This document shows positions 38,339 to 50,578 of a stretch of DNA of 64,000 bases, piece after piece. The stretch spans positions 19,266,343 to 19,330,342 of the forward strand of contig NC_081364.1 of the NCBI RefSeq assembly GCF_030684315.1, given 5' to 3'. This DNA comes from Stegostoma tigrinum (Eukaryota). Below the pieces are notes generated by a model. The model did not search any database, was not told the origin of the DNA, and saw nothing but the letters and a program-made list of their open reading frames with translations. Each line of letters opens with the position of its first letter. Positions within the stretch are counted from its first letter, which is position 1. Made by a program: the position numbers and the translations under genes.

Positions 38339-40189
38339 GTAAGGAACGCGTTACTCATCGTAATATGAAGGGATTTCCTGGCTTTCGTGATTTAATGAAT
38401 GACGAGGAACGAAAGCAGTCCTGGTAGTACTATTCAAAAAGTCATACATTGTACAAGAAAATGCTATTATGGAAACTTCTAACTGAATTCCTCCAGCTTT
38501 ACCCATCTCCGAGAATTGCGACCCCGCACCGTGCGGAGACATACTTCAACTTTTGTACTCCCCAAGCCTTGAAATCATCCCCCGAAATATCATTTTCTCA
38601 CATTCTGTGTCACATCCTTTTAAAGTGCTTTTGAAACCGGCATTCTTGACCAAGCTTTTACTCATGTGTCTTCATACGTTCTCCTTCAACAGAGATAGGA
38701 AAAAGCCAGAACGTTGCTTTGTAGGAGGATGAGAACGTGCAGATTGCCTTTGAGCCCTTTAATGCATCCATTGTAGGCCTTCAAGGTCAAGAGTAAACTG
38801 ACATTTTGTATGGAGTGGAAGTAAACCTATTGGAATTGTAGAATCAGGAGGTGACAATGTCATGAATAGGATTTCAGTAATAGATGAACTGGAGCAAGAA
38901 GAAGTGGAAATAGGTGATTTTTTTTGTATCACTGAAGGTGTGTGGAGTTAGAATCTCCACTCTGTTGTGTAGGATGATGAGGCTAAGAATGTGTTTTTTC
39001 AGTCTGTGGTGGAGAAACAGATGGAATAATTGGAAAAGTTTGAGCATGTTTGTGAAACAAATTGAAAAGTTGGTTACTGTCTCTCCAATATTTATGTGGA
39101 ATAAACTGTAGTTAATCCAAGACTGAATGTTAGATAAGCATTTTAACAATATGGGAGGTGAAGAGATGTCATGGGACGTTGTTACCTTGCATATGAAATA
39201 CATCCAATTTCTGCACAATGCTGTCAAGGTACGCTACACAGATGAGTAAAAGGATCCAAGCAAAAATTGATCTTTCAGGAATGTTGAGGCAACAGAGCGT
39301 GTGAAAGAATTAGCCACTGCAGCAGATATTCTGGATACAATTTAACAGATGAGGATGCTGAGTGAGTGTCATTGTACTTCGCTGAACAGTAGAGGGGGTG
39401 GTTGGTGTGACAGAAGTAAGGAACATGTTCCATGGCATTTAAAAAATGAATTAAACCATACAATGTATCATCTGGAGAAGGAGAAACAAAGAGGTCATTG
39501 ATTCTAAAAGTTGAATATTTTTCTTTCATTGATGCTGTTTGACCATATGCAGCAGTTAATTCTTATCCCGCATCCACAGTTTTTTTAAACATTTACATTT
39601 TACTATTGCAGAAACTAAAAGTAAATTGGCATTATAAAAACATGGCAGAAGTGAGGATTAGAGTTTGGTGGATTGCAGGCTAACCTTTTGGAATTGTGGA
39701 ATCTGGAAGTGTCAATGGCAGTAACATATTTTCAGCAATAGATGAAGGCAAAGGGAGGTGGAAATGGCATCTACAGAGTTCCTACAGCATTTTCCAAACC
39801 CATAGTCCGGTGCCTGGATGGAAATTGGCAGCAGATGCAAGGGAATAAAACCATCTGGTGTGCTTCTCCAAATGATATGTCATCATCACTTGGAATTTTT
39901 ACGAAAATGAAAATACTGCAAACACAAAGCTGGAGAGAATAAATTAAGGTTAGTATATTGTGTTGAGGCCCAGATGCAGTGGCTCACTGAAACAACAGTA
40001 TCTTTTGTTTTGAATACTGGTAAGTGGGTGGTTTCTTTCTTAGAAATCATGCAGATAATTATAATGTTACAGTGTGGAGATTAACTTGGAGAAATTTTCA
40101 AGTGATGCTGTTAATTATTAAATGTGAATTAAATGAAATTTTGAGTCTTGTTTAGATTATATGTGGTTTTGTTTGTGGTTTTTTTTTAG

Positions 40190-40354
40190 TTTCGAAGAAC
40201 GAGATCTCAGAAGGTATGACCCAACCTAAAAAGAAGAAGAAAAGAAGAAAGGAAGCTCCTAAGGAGTTGAAAAATGTTCAACCAATGAGTGGGGGTCAGC
40301 CTAAAACTGTTCAAGGTGGAGTGAAAATGGACAAAATCAAGAAAAATACCAGAG
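40190..40354 (+). CDS. SURF6: Surfeit locus protein 6, coding exon 2
   Basis: Acceptor tttttttag|. Basic tract PKKKKKRRKE. Phase 1 to 1 using donor AG|gtttga, which is weak, so the 3' end is less certain. Confidence 0.7.
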
Positions 40355-42109
40355 GTTTGAGAACTATATTTTGCTATGAGTGCTGTTATCCTATTCTCCA
40401 CTGGGGTAGTGAATTTAATCTTTCACAATTTAGTTACTTAGATTAAATGCTTCTACCTTCATTATTATCATTACCTTCAGATTTGATTATTTCAATGCAC
40501 TCTTGGCCGGTCTCTTACATTTTACCTTCCATAAACTGGAGGTCATCCAAAATCTGCTGCCTGTGTCTTGATTCACAGTGAGCCTTGTTCACCAAACACC
40601 TCTTGTTCTCTGCCCCCCACCACCTCCTCTGTTTTCTGCATGTAAACTGATGTTTTCCCAGCTACTATCTGTTCTGAGGAATAATCACCAGATTCGAAAC
40701 TCTGTTTTTTTTTTCTTCACAGATGCTGTCAGACCTGCTGAGCTTTTCCAGCAACTTCTATTTTTGTACCTCCTAACTGATCCACTTTGGCTCCCAGATA
40801 AATAGGCTCTGATGTTAAAATTCTTATCCTTGTTTTCAAAGGCCTCTCGTCTACCCCCTCCTAACATCTGTAATAGATATTTTTTAATCGTCCTGTTCAG
40901 ATGTTATTACAACATCTGTCTGGTGCAGGTAGAATTTGAATCCTGACCTGCTGGCCCAGGGATAGGGATATTACCACTGCAGTGCAGGCGTCTCAGCATC
41001 AGCCAAGCACAGACAGCCGGGACTAGTTTAGTTTGGGGGAATGTGATTGGTATGGACTGAGGAGCCTGTTTCTGTGCTGTATGCCTCTGTGACTGTAATA
41101 TCATCTAACCTTCTGTGATTCTAATCTCTTGCATATTCCTATTAATAACCACCGTGCTTTTAATGGCCATGTCTTTTGATTGCCTAAGTCTCAAGCTCTG
41201 GAATTCCCTCCCTACACATCACCTCACTTTCCTCCTTAAAGACTCTTCTTATTACAAAGTTTGTCAAGTTTTCACTATCTGACTATGATTTCCTTATGAA
41301 CTTTGTAGTTTGTTTTATACTGCTCCTCTGAAGTACCTTGGAATGTTTTATTATGCTAAAGAAATATGCTATTTTTATTCCTGTCCTCATCTGCTCCCAG
41401 CACACTCATGCTTCCACCTTTCTATGTTTGTATTTTCAATATAAAATAGGAGCAGGAGAGGCCATTCAGCCTTTTGATGCTGCTGTGCCATTTATTATGA
41501 TATTGGCTGTTCATCCAACTCAATAGCCTATCCCCGCTTTTCAGCACCCCCCAATATCCTTTGATTCCTTTAGTCTCGTGTTAAACCTAACTTCTGCTTG
41601 AAACCATACAATATTTTGGCCTTGACTACTTTCTGCGTTGTGAATTTTACAGGCTCTGGATGAAAAGTTTTTCCTCACCTCAGCCCAAAATGGTTCCCCC
41701 TGTGTCCTTAGATTGTGACCCTGGTTCTGGACTCCTCCATCATTGGAACATGCTTCCTGCATCCACCGTGTTTAGTCCTGTTAGAATTCGACAGGTTTCT
41801 ATGGGATCACCCTTAATTCTTCTGAATCCTGAAAATAATCCTAACTAATTAAACAAAAACCTGGCCTCATATGTCTTGTCTTTCCAGAAATTAGTTTAGT
41901 AAATCTTTGCTGCACTCCTTGTACAGCAAGAGTATTCTTCCAGAAATGCCCACAACCTTCCAGGTGTGGTATCATCAATGTCCCTGTTCTTTATTTTGTA
42001 TTATCGCATTGTTTCAAAGCTCTTTTTACGTAGCTAATCCAAATTCAGAACACACATAATTGGTGATTAAATATGATTTATATGTTATAACTTTCAATTT
42101 GCTTTTCAG

Positions 42110-42195
42110 TCAGCGAAGTGGACACAAGCTCGTTTTCAACTGTAAACATTCTTCGTCAGAGACTACATGAGAAGATCCAAGAAAGCCGTGGGCAG
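42110..42195 (+). CDS. SURF6: Surfeit locus protein 6, coding exon 3
   Basis: Acceptor gcttttcag|, donor CAG|gtatat. Encodes VNILRQRLHEKIQESRGQ, a conserved SURF6 motif. Confidence 0.9.
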
Positions 42196-42297
42196 GTATA
42201 TTTTCACATACCTTAAGTTTTGTGTGCTGGGTATCTTTAGAGTTGTTTTTGCAGATTACTAGTCAGTCAGTTCAGAAATGAATACATCTTGAGTAAC

Positions 42298-42430
42298 AAC
42301 CAAAAGGACTACAGATGCTGTAAATCAGGAGCAAAAGCAGAAGTTGCTGGAAAAGCTCAGCAGGTCTGACAGCATCTGTGAAGGAAAAAATCATTTAACA
42401 TTTTGGGCCTGGTGACCCTTCCTCAGAACA
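42298..42430 (-). mobile_element. Short PLE terminal remnant (second family) ending at the HHR motif
   Basis: Reverse complement begins ctgaggaagggtcaccaggcccaaaatgttaa and runs into the family tail. Similar remnants lie at about 10477-10600, 33225-33395, 35805-35925 and 40670-40770. Confidence 0.6.
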
Positions 42431-42602
42431 GTGTTCAAATAAATAAATGGGACAAGAAGAATGGCATGCAATTTAAAAGCAACTTCTGCTAAACATATAT
42501 TTGAGAGTAATTCTAGTTTTTTAATTGGTCTGCATGCCAAACAAATTTATATGTAGTTTACATAACTTGCCAGCTACTCATACTCTACAAAGGTTTTTAT
42601 TT

Positions 42603-43733
42603 GAGATAATGGGAACTGCAGATGCTGGAGAATTCCAAGATAATAAAATGTGAGGCTGGATGAACACAGCAGGCCAAGCAGCATCTCCCTGCAACACATC
42701 CCTCACACCCCGCCCCCGCCACAACCGCCCTAAGAGGATCCCCCTCGTTCTCACACACCACCCTACCAACCTCCGGATACAACGCATCATCCTCCGACAC
42801 TTCCGCCATTTACAATCCGACCCCACCACCCAAGACATTTTTCCATCCCCTCCCCTGTCTGCTTTCCGGAGAGACCACTCTCTCCGTGACTCCCTTGTTC
42901 ACTCCACACTGCCCTCCAACCCCACCACACCCGGCACCTTCCCCTGCAACCACAGGAAATGCTACACTTGTCCCCACACCTCCTCCCTCACCCCTATCCC
43001 AGGCCCCAAGATGACATTCCACATTAAGCAGAGGTTCACCTGCACATCTGCCAATGTGGTATACTGCATCCACTGTACCCGGTGCGGCTTCCTCTACATT
43101 GGGGAAACCAAGCGGAGGCTTGGGGACCGCTTTGCAGAACACCTCCGCTCAGTTCGCAACAAACAACTGCACCTCCCAGTCGCAAACCATTTCCCCTCCC
43201 CCTCCCATTCTGTAGATGACATGTCCATCATGGGCCTCCTGCACTGCCACAATGATGCCACCCGAAGGTTGCAGGAACAGCAACTCATATTCCGCCTGGG
43301 AACCCTGCAGCCATATGGTATCAATGTGGACTTCGCCAGTTTCAAAATCTCCCCTTCCCCTACTGCATCCCTAAACCAGCCCAGTTCGTCCCCTCCCCCC
43401 ACTGCACCACACAACCAGCCCAGCTCTCTCCCCCCCCCCCCCCCCCACTGCATCCCAAAACCAGTCCAACCTGTCTCTGCCTCCCTAACCGGTTCTTCCT
43501 CTCACCCATCCCCAGCTACCTACTAACCTCATCCCACCTCCTTGACCTGTCCGTCTTCCCTGGACTGACCTATCCCCTCCCTACCTGCCCACCTATACCC
43601 TCTCCACCTATCTTCTTTACTCTCCATATTCGGTCCGCCTCCCCCTCTCTCCCTATTTATTCCAGTTCCCTCTCCCCATCCCCCTCTCTGATGAAGGGTC
43701 TAGGCCCGAAACGTCAAAAAAGCTTTTGTGCTC
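42603..43733. mobile_element. Young Neptune-like PLE with inverted terminal segment and 15-bp TSD, in SURF6 intron 3
   Basis: Inverted terminus about 42603-42687 is joined to a forward GIY-YIG body. TSD caaaggtttttattt is at 42588-42602 and 43734-43748. HHR motif at 43688-43715. Confidence 0.93.
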
Positions 43734-43804
43734 CAAAGGTTTTTATTTACTGCCTTTTTGTTACTCTATCATTAATTGTGTTATGTCTTTGTGTTTTTTG
43801 ACAG

Positions 43805-44491
43805 TGTAATCCAAAAGGCTTGCTTCCTGAAGAATTAGAGAAGAAACGTCTGCACAGGAAGCGGGAGAGGGAAAAGAAAAAACAGAAACGGAAAGAGATG
43901 CGAATGAAGAAAGAACATAAAATTGTCCAGGAAGATAGTACTGCACCAAAGGCTGAAGATACAGAGAAAAATGACATGTCCAAGAAAGCGGAAAATCAAC
44001 TGCTTTTCAATAAAGTAGACGTGCCATCTGAGGTAGTTAAAGACAAAAAGCTGAAAAGAAAAGAGAAACGGCAGAATACTAAAGGTGGCATCACACCTCT
44101 CACTGGCAAAAACTACAAGCAACTCTTATCTAGACTGGAAGCCCAAAAGAATAAGATTGAAGAGTTGAAGAGTAAAGATGAAAATAAAGCAAAAGAAGTT
44201 GAAACAAAGATGAAGTGGACCAATGCTCTGTATAAGGCGGAGGGCCTGAAAATCAAAGACAATGAAGAATTGCTGAAAGCGTCACTAAAGAGAAAAGAAA
44301 AACACAAAGCCCAACGACAGAAGAACTGGGAAAAGCGAACAGAACACCTTGTTGAAAAGATGCAACGTCATCAAGATAAGAGGAAAAGAAACATCATGAA
44401 AAAGAAACGAGCCAAGGTAGAAAGGAAAAAGGACAAGGCAAGAAAGAAAGGACGTATTCTACCTGAAGATTTAAAAAAAGCAAATCTTTGA
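43805..44491 (+). CDS. SURF6: Surfeit locus protein 6, last coding exon
   Basis: Acceptor gtgttttttgacag|TGT is in frame with ORF 43820..44491. SURF6 domain motifs LTGKNYKQLL, WTNALYKAEGLKIKDNEELLKASLKRKEK and ARKKGRILPEDL. Confidence 0.95.
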   Translation, partial: CNPKGLLPEELEKKRLHRKREREKKKQKRKEMRMKKEHKIVQEDSTAPKAEDTEKNDMSKKAENQLLFNKVDVPSEVVKDKKLKRKEKRQNTKGGITPLTGKNYKQLLSRLEAQKNKIEELKSKDENKAKEVETKMKWTNALYKAEGLKIKDNEELLKASLKRKEKHKAQRQKNWEKRTEHLVEKMQRHQDKRKRNIMKKKRAKVERKKDKARKKGRILPEDLKKANL

Positions 44492-44929
44492 GAAACAAGA
44501 GTTGAATTTCATGTTACATTAAAATAGCCTCAAACCCATGGTGCGACCAATTTTTGTGAAGCGTTAATGTATAATGGTGTTGCTCATTAGTATTGTATTT
44601 GCTGTACTATATTGAGTAAAGGATCTTGGCACTGTTTAATATCTGATTTTGTATTAACATTAAATATTCCACGGTTCTATAAATGGTAACTTATTTGGCT
44701 AATCAAATATACAGTCATGCAGTAATATTTTCTTGCAGGATAGTTTGATTCATGTAGCAGATTCAAATTCTGCCCGATCAACATTTGCTGTTAAGAGTGA
44801 GTGTATAAATAATGGACTCTTCAATAGGTAGCTGGCATCTATACAATAGTACTCTTAGTAGAAAATCAATACCTGCAGCAGTGAGAGTGAATATTGAAAG
44901 GAAAGCCTGGTTTTGAATGAGAAACCTGT

Positions 44930-45900
44930 CATAGAGTAATACAGCATGGAAACAGGCCCTTCAGCCCAAACTGATCCATGCTGACCGTGGTGCCCACTCA
45001 GCTAATTCCAATTGCCCACATTTAGTCCATATACCTCCAAACCCGACCCATCCATGTATCCATCCAAATGTTTTATAAGTGTTGTTACTGTACGTGCCTC
45101 AACCACTTTCTCTGACAGCCCATTCTACGTATGCAGCACTCTCTGTGTGAAGTAGTTGTCACTCAGGTCCTCCTTGAAACTTTCCCCTCTCATCTTAAAC
45201 TTATCCCCTCCAGTTTTCATTTTCCTCATCCCTGGAAAAAAAAGACTTTATGCATTCATTCTATCTATGCTCCTCATGACCTCGTGCACTGCAATAAGGT
45301 CACCCCTCATTCTCCTATGCCCCAAGGAATAATGTCCTATCCTGGCCAACCTCTCCCTGTAACTCAGGCCTAATAGTCCTGGCAACATCCTTGTAAATCT
45401 TCTTTGCACGTTTTCCAGTTTAACTATGCCTTTCCTGTAATAGAGTGACCAAAACTGCACACAAAACTCCAAGTGTGGCTTACACAACTGTAACCTAAGT
45501 CTTAACTCCCATCCTCATTGCCTTGACCGAGGAAGGCCAGCATGTTAAATACTTCTTCACCACCTTGTCCACCTGTGATGACACTTTCCACAAACAAGTA
45601 CCCCTAGATCCCTCTGTTCCACAACCCTGCTCAGGACCTTACCAGTTACTGTATAAGTCCAACCTTGGTTTGACTTTCCAAAGTACAACACCTCACACGC
45701 ATCTGTATTGAATTGCATTTGCTAATCCTAAACCCGCTTCCCCACCTAATAGATCCCTCTGTAATTTTTGACAACCTTCCTCACTATGAATGATACCTCC
45801 TAATTTTGTCTAATCTGCAAATTTACTAATTATGCCATGTACATTCAAGTACAGATCATTTATGTAAAGAACACACAACAAAGGTCCCAGCACTGACCCC
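44930..45900 (-). mobile_element. CR1 LINE 3' fragment
   Basis: ORF 45248..45487 (PHLEFCVQFWS...QRRFTRMLPGL). Same subfamily as the 30509-31050 segment. Confidence 0.85.
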
Positions 45901-46579
45901 ATTTTTGGGATTGTTTGTGAAACAGTAAATGGACCCTTTAGAAAGTACATCTGAAGAGAAACTAAATTTTAAAATGGAAATGAATCTGAAAATAGCATTA
46001 TAGTGACTGTATACAGAACATGCAATTTACCAGCTTGCCCATAGTTCAGATAGTAATCCAGAGATCAGTACTGATTTCGCTCTTAGCTATTCAAAATCTT
46101 ACAACAGAACCTCCTTTAAAGCTTATTAATGTTATTGGTCAAAACATGAACGACGACGATGATTATGGGAGCTGTCCCCCTCCAAATTCTTTTCTAGTCC
46201 TGAAGAGCTATCCATAACCCTGGCACTGGGTATCAGTCAACCTTACTTGACAATAATGATAAATAATAAGTGAGACATAGTATTCACCAACTCAATTCGA
46301 ATTCAGCTCAAATTAGTTTTGATGGATTTTAAATCCCTTAAATTTTGAAGACCAAGCTTATGTATCTTCATATTCCAAAAAACTTAGGTACACAGACTAT
46401 CAGACCAAAAGGCACACAATACCCATTTTCGAAAAACCTGCAACTTGAATGTGACAGCTGCAAAGAATAATCAAAGATGAGGTGTTTGTATTGTTTTAAA
46501 TGGTATCCAACTTCAAACAATTGTCCTTTTCTAATCATCTTAGAACAAGGCAAAGTGGAATTATGAGATGTTTAACTGT

Positions 46580-49250
46580 GCTAAAATATGGGTATTTACA
46601 GAGGAATGATGGTTGAGCTAGCCGGAGTGGACTAGGAAAGGAGTTGAGCAGCAAAAATGATTGAGGAACAATGGCTGATACTCAAGGAAATAGTTCATGG
46701 CTCACAGCAAAGATATCTCCTAGTGAGAAAGGAGGATTCTAGGAAGAGAAAAAGCAAACCAAAGCTAACCAGAGAAATTAAAAGTGGCACCAAGTTAAAG
46801 AAAAAAACAATCAATGTGGCAAAAACTAGTGGTAAGACCGAATATTAGAAAAGTTACAGAAATAAACAACAAGCCAAAGAAAAGGAGGGATATGAAGTCG
46901 ATAATCATGCATGTATACAAGGATGGGGAGGGATAATAGCTAAGTTTGTAAATGACATAATGATTGGTTGGATTGTTGACAGTGAGGAAGACAGTCTTCA
47001 GTTACATAATGATATAGATGGGTTGGTCGGTTGGCCAGATCAGTGGCAGATGGAATTTAACCCTGATTAATGTGAAGTGATGGAAGAAGCTATGAGACAA
47101 CGGAATGCTCAATGAATGGCAGGACAGTAGATAGCTGAGAGTGAGTTTGGAGTCCCTGTCCACAGATCCCTAAAAGTGGCTGGAAGGGTTAATAGGGTAG
47201 TTAAGAAGGTATATGGATGCTTGTTTATCAATCAAGGCCTGGATTATCAGAGCAAGAAGGCCAAGTTAGAACTGTACAAAACTTCAGTTAGGCCACAACT
47301 GGAGTACTTTATGCAGTTCTGGTTAACTCATATCGGAAGTATGCAATTGCATAGGATATCTGAGATGGAGCATTTCAGCTTTGTGCACAGGCTAGATAAG
47401 CTTGGATTGCTTCGTTAAGAGCAGAGAAGAATGAAGGGGAACCAGATAGGGGGGTATTAGATCGAGGGATGTGGACTGAGTGAATAGCATACAACTGTTT
47501 CTCTTAGTTTAAGGGTCAAGAACAAGTCTATTTCACATGAAAGGCAGGAGGTTTAGAGGGGATTTGAGGAAAGTATTTTTCCATCCTGAAGATGGTTGAT
47601 GGCTGGAATGCACTGCCTGGGAGGATTGTTGAGGCTGGTAATCTTGCAGCCTTTAAAAAGTATTTGGATGAACACTTGAAGTGATATAACTTTCAAGGCC
47701 AAGGCCTAATACTGGAAAGTAAGACTTGTGTAGCAAGTGTATTTTTGGTGGTAAAGACTGATGGACCAAAGGGCCTGTTGTATACTTTATCTGATTCTAA
47801 GTTAAACTCAGGGTAAGTTTGCAAGTAATGTCAAGACAGACAGCAAGAACTTCTTTAAATATGTTAAAAGTAAATCAAAAAGTCAAAGCAAACATAGACC
47901 CCTTAGAGAATGAGGCTGAGTAAATAATAATGGGGTACAAGAGAATGGCGGAGGAGTTAAATAAAAATAGCATTTCAACATTACTAAATATTCAAGGGGC
48001 AAAAGGAAGAGAGGAAATAAACACAATAACAGTCCCCAGAGAAAAAATACTGGGGAAACAAATGGAGCTAAAGACTGATAACTGCACATGGTGTGATGCG
48101 TCCTTGGATAGCAAAAGAAGTAGCTCCAGGGAGGCGCGTTGGTAGTAATCTTCCATGAATTTGCTGATTCTGGGAGAGTCCCTGAGGAGTAGATAACTGC
48201 CAAGCAAACACCTTAAATTCAGAAGGGAAGCCTTTAAAAAAGACAAAATACAGGTGCGTGAGGTCTGTTATTGGGACTATGAAGGAGCCTGTTATGAAGG
48301 ATATAACAGCAGGGCATTTAGAAATATATACGATCAAGCAGAGTCAGTATGTCTGCATGAGGGGGAATTCATGTTTGACAAATTTATGAGAATTCTTTGA
48401 AGAAATAACAAACATGATAGATAAAGGGAAAGCAGATGACATAATATGTGTAGATTTTCAGGAAGCATTTGATAAAGAACCAAACATTGTTGTAAGTAGT
48501 AAGATAAGAGCCCTTAGTTTTGGTAGTAATATATTAGAATGGATATAGGACTGGCTAACAAATGGAAGACTAGACTTGGGACAAGGGAGACACTTCCAGG
48601 GTAGCAACCTGTAATTAGTGATGTGTCACAGGTATCGGTGGAGGGACCACAATTGTGTACAACACATATTAATGACCTAGATGACTGAAGTGAATGTACT
48701 ATTGCCAAGTTTTCATTCACCACAAAAATGAATGAGAAGGCAAGTGGCGAAGATGGCAGTAAGAGTTTTCGGAGGGATACAGACAAGTTAAGCGAATGGT
48801 CAAAAACTTGGCAGATGAATATAATGTAGGAAAATGTAAACTTATATACTTTGGTTGGAAGACTAGAGGAGCTGAATCATATTTAAATAGAAAAAGATTG
48901 CAGAAATCTCCAGACGAGGGGGATTTGGGGTCCTCATGCATGAATCACAAAAGACTAGCGTATGTATTCAACATGCAATAAGGAACAGAAATGGAATGTT
49001 GGCATTGATTTCAAAGGGAATGGAATTTAAAAATAGGAAGGTTTGTTAAAATTATACAAGGCACAAGTTAAGTCAGAGGTGGAATACTGTGAACATCTGT
49101 GCTTCCCTTGTCTGAGAAAGAATATACTGGCTATTTGGAGAAAGTTTATCAGGCTGATCCCAGGTATGGAGCGATAGTCTAATGAGGAGAGGTTGAGAAG
49201 GTTGGACCTGTACTCACTGAAACTTAGAAGAAGGAGAGATGACCTTAGAT
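46580..49250 (+). mobile_element. Old decayed CR1 with a second CR1 fragment nested at about 46890-47800
   Basis: Scattered ORF2 motifs (EEQWLILKE, LYKTSVRPQLEYF, DFQEAFDK, EYNVGKCK). Confidence 0.75.
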
Positions 49251-50578
49251 CCGTTTAGAATATCCAGTCAGCATGGACAAGTTGCACCAAACAGTCTATT
49301 ACTGTGCTTTGTAATTCTATGACTCTATTTATGATGGGCTTCTGCCTCTTTAAATTCAGAGTTTTAATACATGTCTGCTGGAGAAGGTGGGATTTGAATC
49401 TGGGTCTGTAGCTCAAAGGTAGCAACATTACCACTACAGGAGGAATATTGCACCACATAAGGAACTGTTGTGAATGCCCAGTTAATTTCCATCCAATACA
49501 CACATTGTAACAATTCATATACAATTTATGGAGAAGCAAACTTTAGAGGACATAAGCTGGTTAAGTACAAGTAAGTCAGAAGAGAGATGACAATTTAATG
49601 AAAAGAGGTACATTTGTAGGATAAGAGATGTACAGTAGAGTACACATAATGGAAGCTAAACAACACTGACGAATATAAGAATAAAATCAAAAGTGTACAA
49701 TGCATTATGGTTTTGGCAGGGCTGCAGTATCATAAGTACGAGTAATAATTAAGTTGGGAAATCAGAGCATTAATTACAAAAGAACAGTAGAATACAGCTG
49801 AGTTGGAAATTATTTAAAATATTTGCAGTTTGCATCTGAGTTGAAGTCTGTAAAAGAACCTGAGAATTGAACACATTAGATTTCTACATGACAGAAAAAG
49901 TAAGCAGTAAAATTTGTAGGCAATAGATTTACAGTCATAACCAAGTTGCAATTGCAAACAGTTGTGGTTGTCTTAAGACAAAATGTGTTAAGCCAAATGT
50001 GGTGGAGTTTTGAAAATATGCCCAGGATGATTTTGAGGATTTCAGATAAACATATGTTAAGTATTCACCTGCTTAAATCTCAACGCTAACAGTGTTAAGT
50101 ATTAGTTAAAACTAGAGGTAAAGGTTGAATCACCATAGACCTACTGGACTATAGGCTGCTTTCCCATTAAGGACAACAGGTGGTGGTTTCACCTGAGGGT
50201 CACCATGCCTCTGACAAGGTGAAAGGTTGAGATCAGTCCTTCATGGTAACCTCAACCAATGCAGGAATAGCCACGCAGTTGGTATCTCACTGCATTACAT
50301 ACCAGCCATCTAGCCAACTAAGCTGAAAGTATTGTGGAGAATCGTGACTTACAATGAAAAACATCCAGGAGTAGTAACTCTTTTCACCCACTTGATGGCA
50401 GAATATGTAGCTAAAGTACATGATACACCTCCAAACATTTCGCCTGTAAGGAAAGTGTCATCTGATTAAATGATAACTTGCGTTCATTTAGTTGTGCTTA
50501 ACGTTGGCCAGCCTGACACCTATATTTCTGCAATTCAATGAAACCAGTTTAAAAATGAACAAAGTCTAGATAGCTTGG

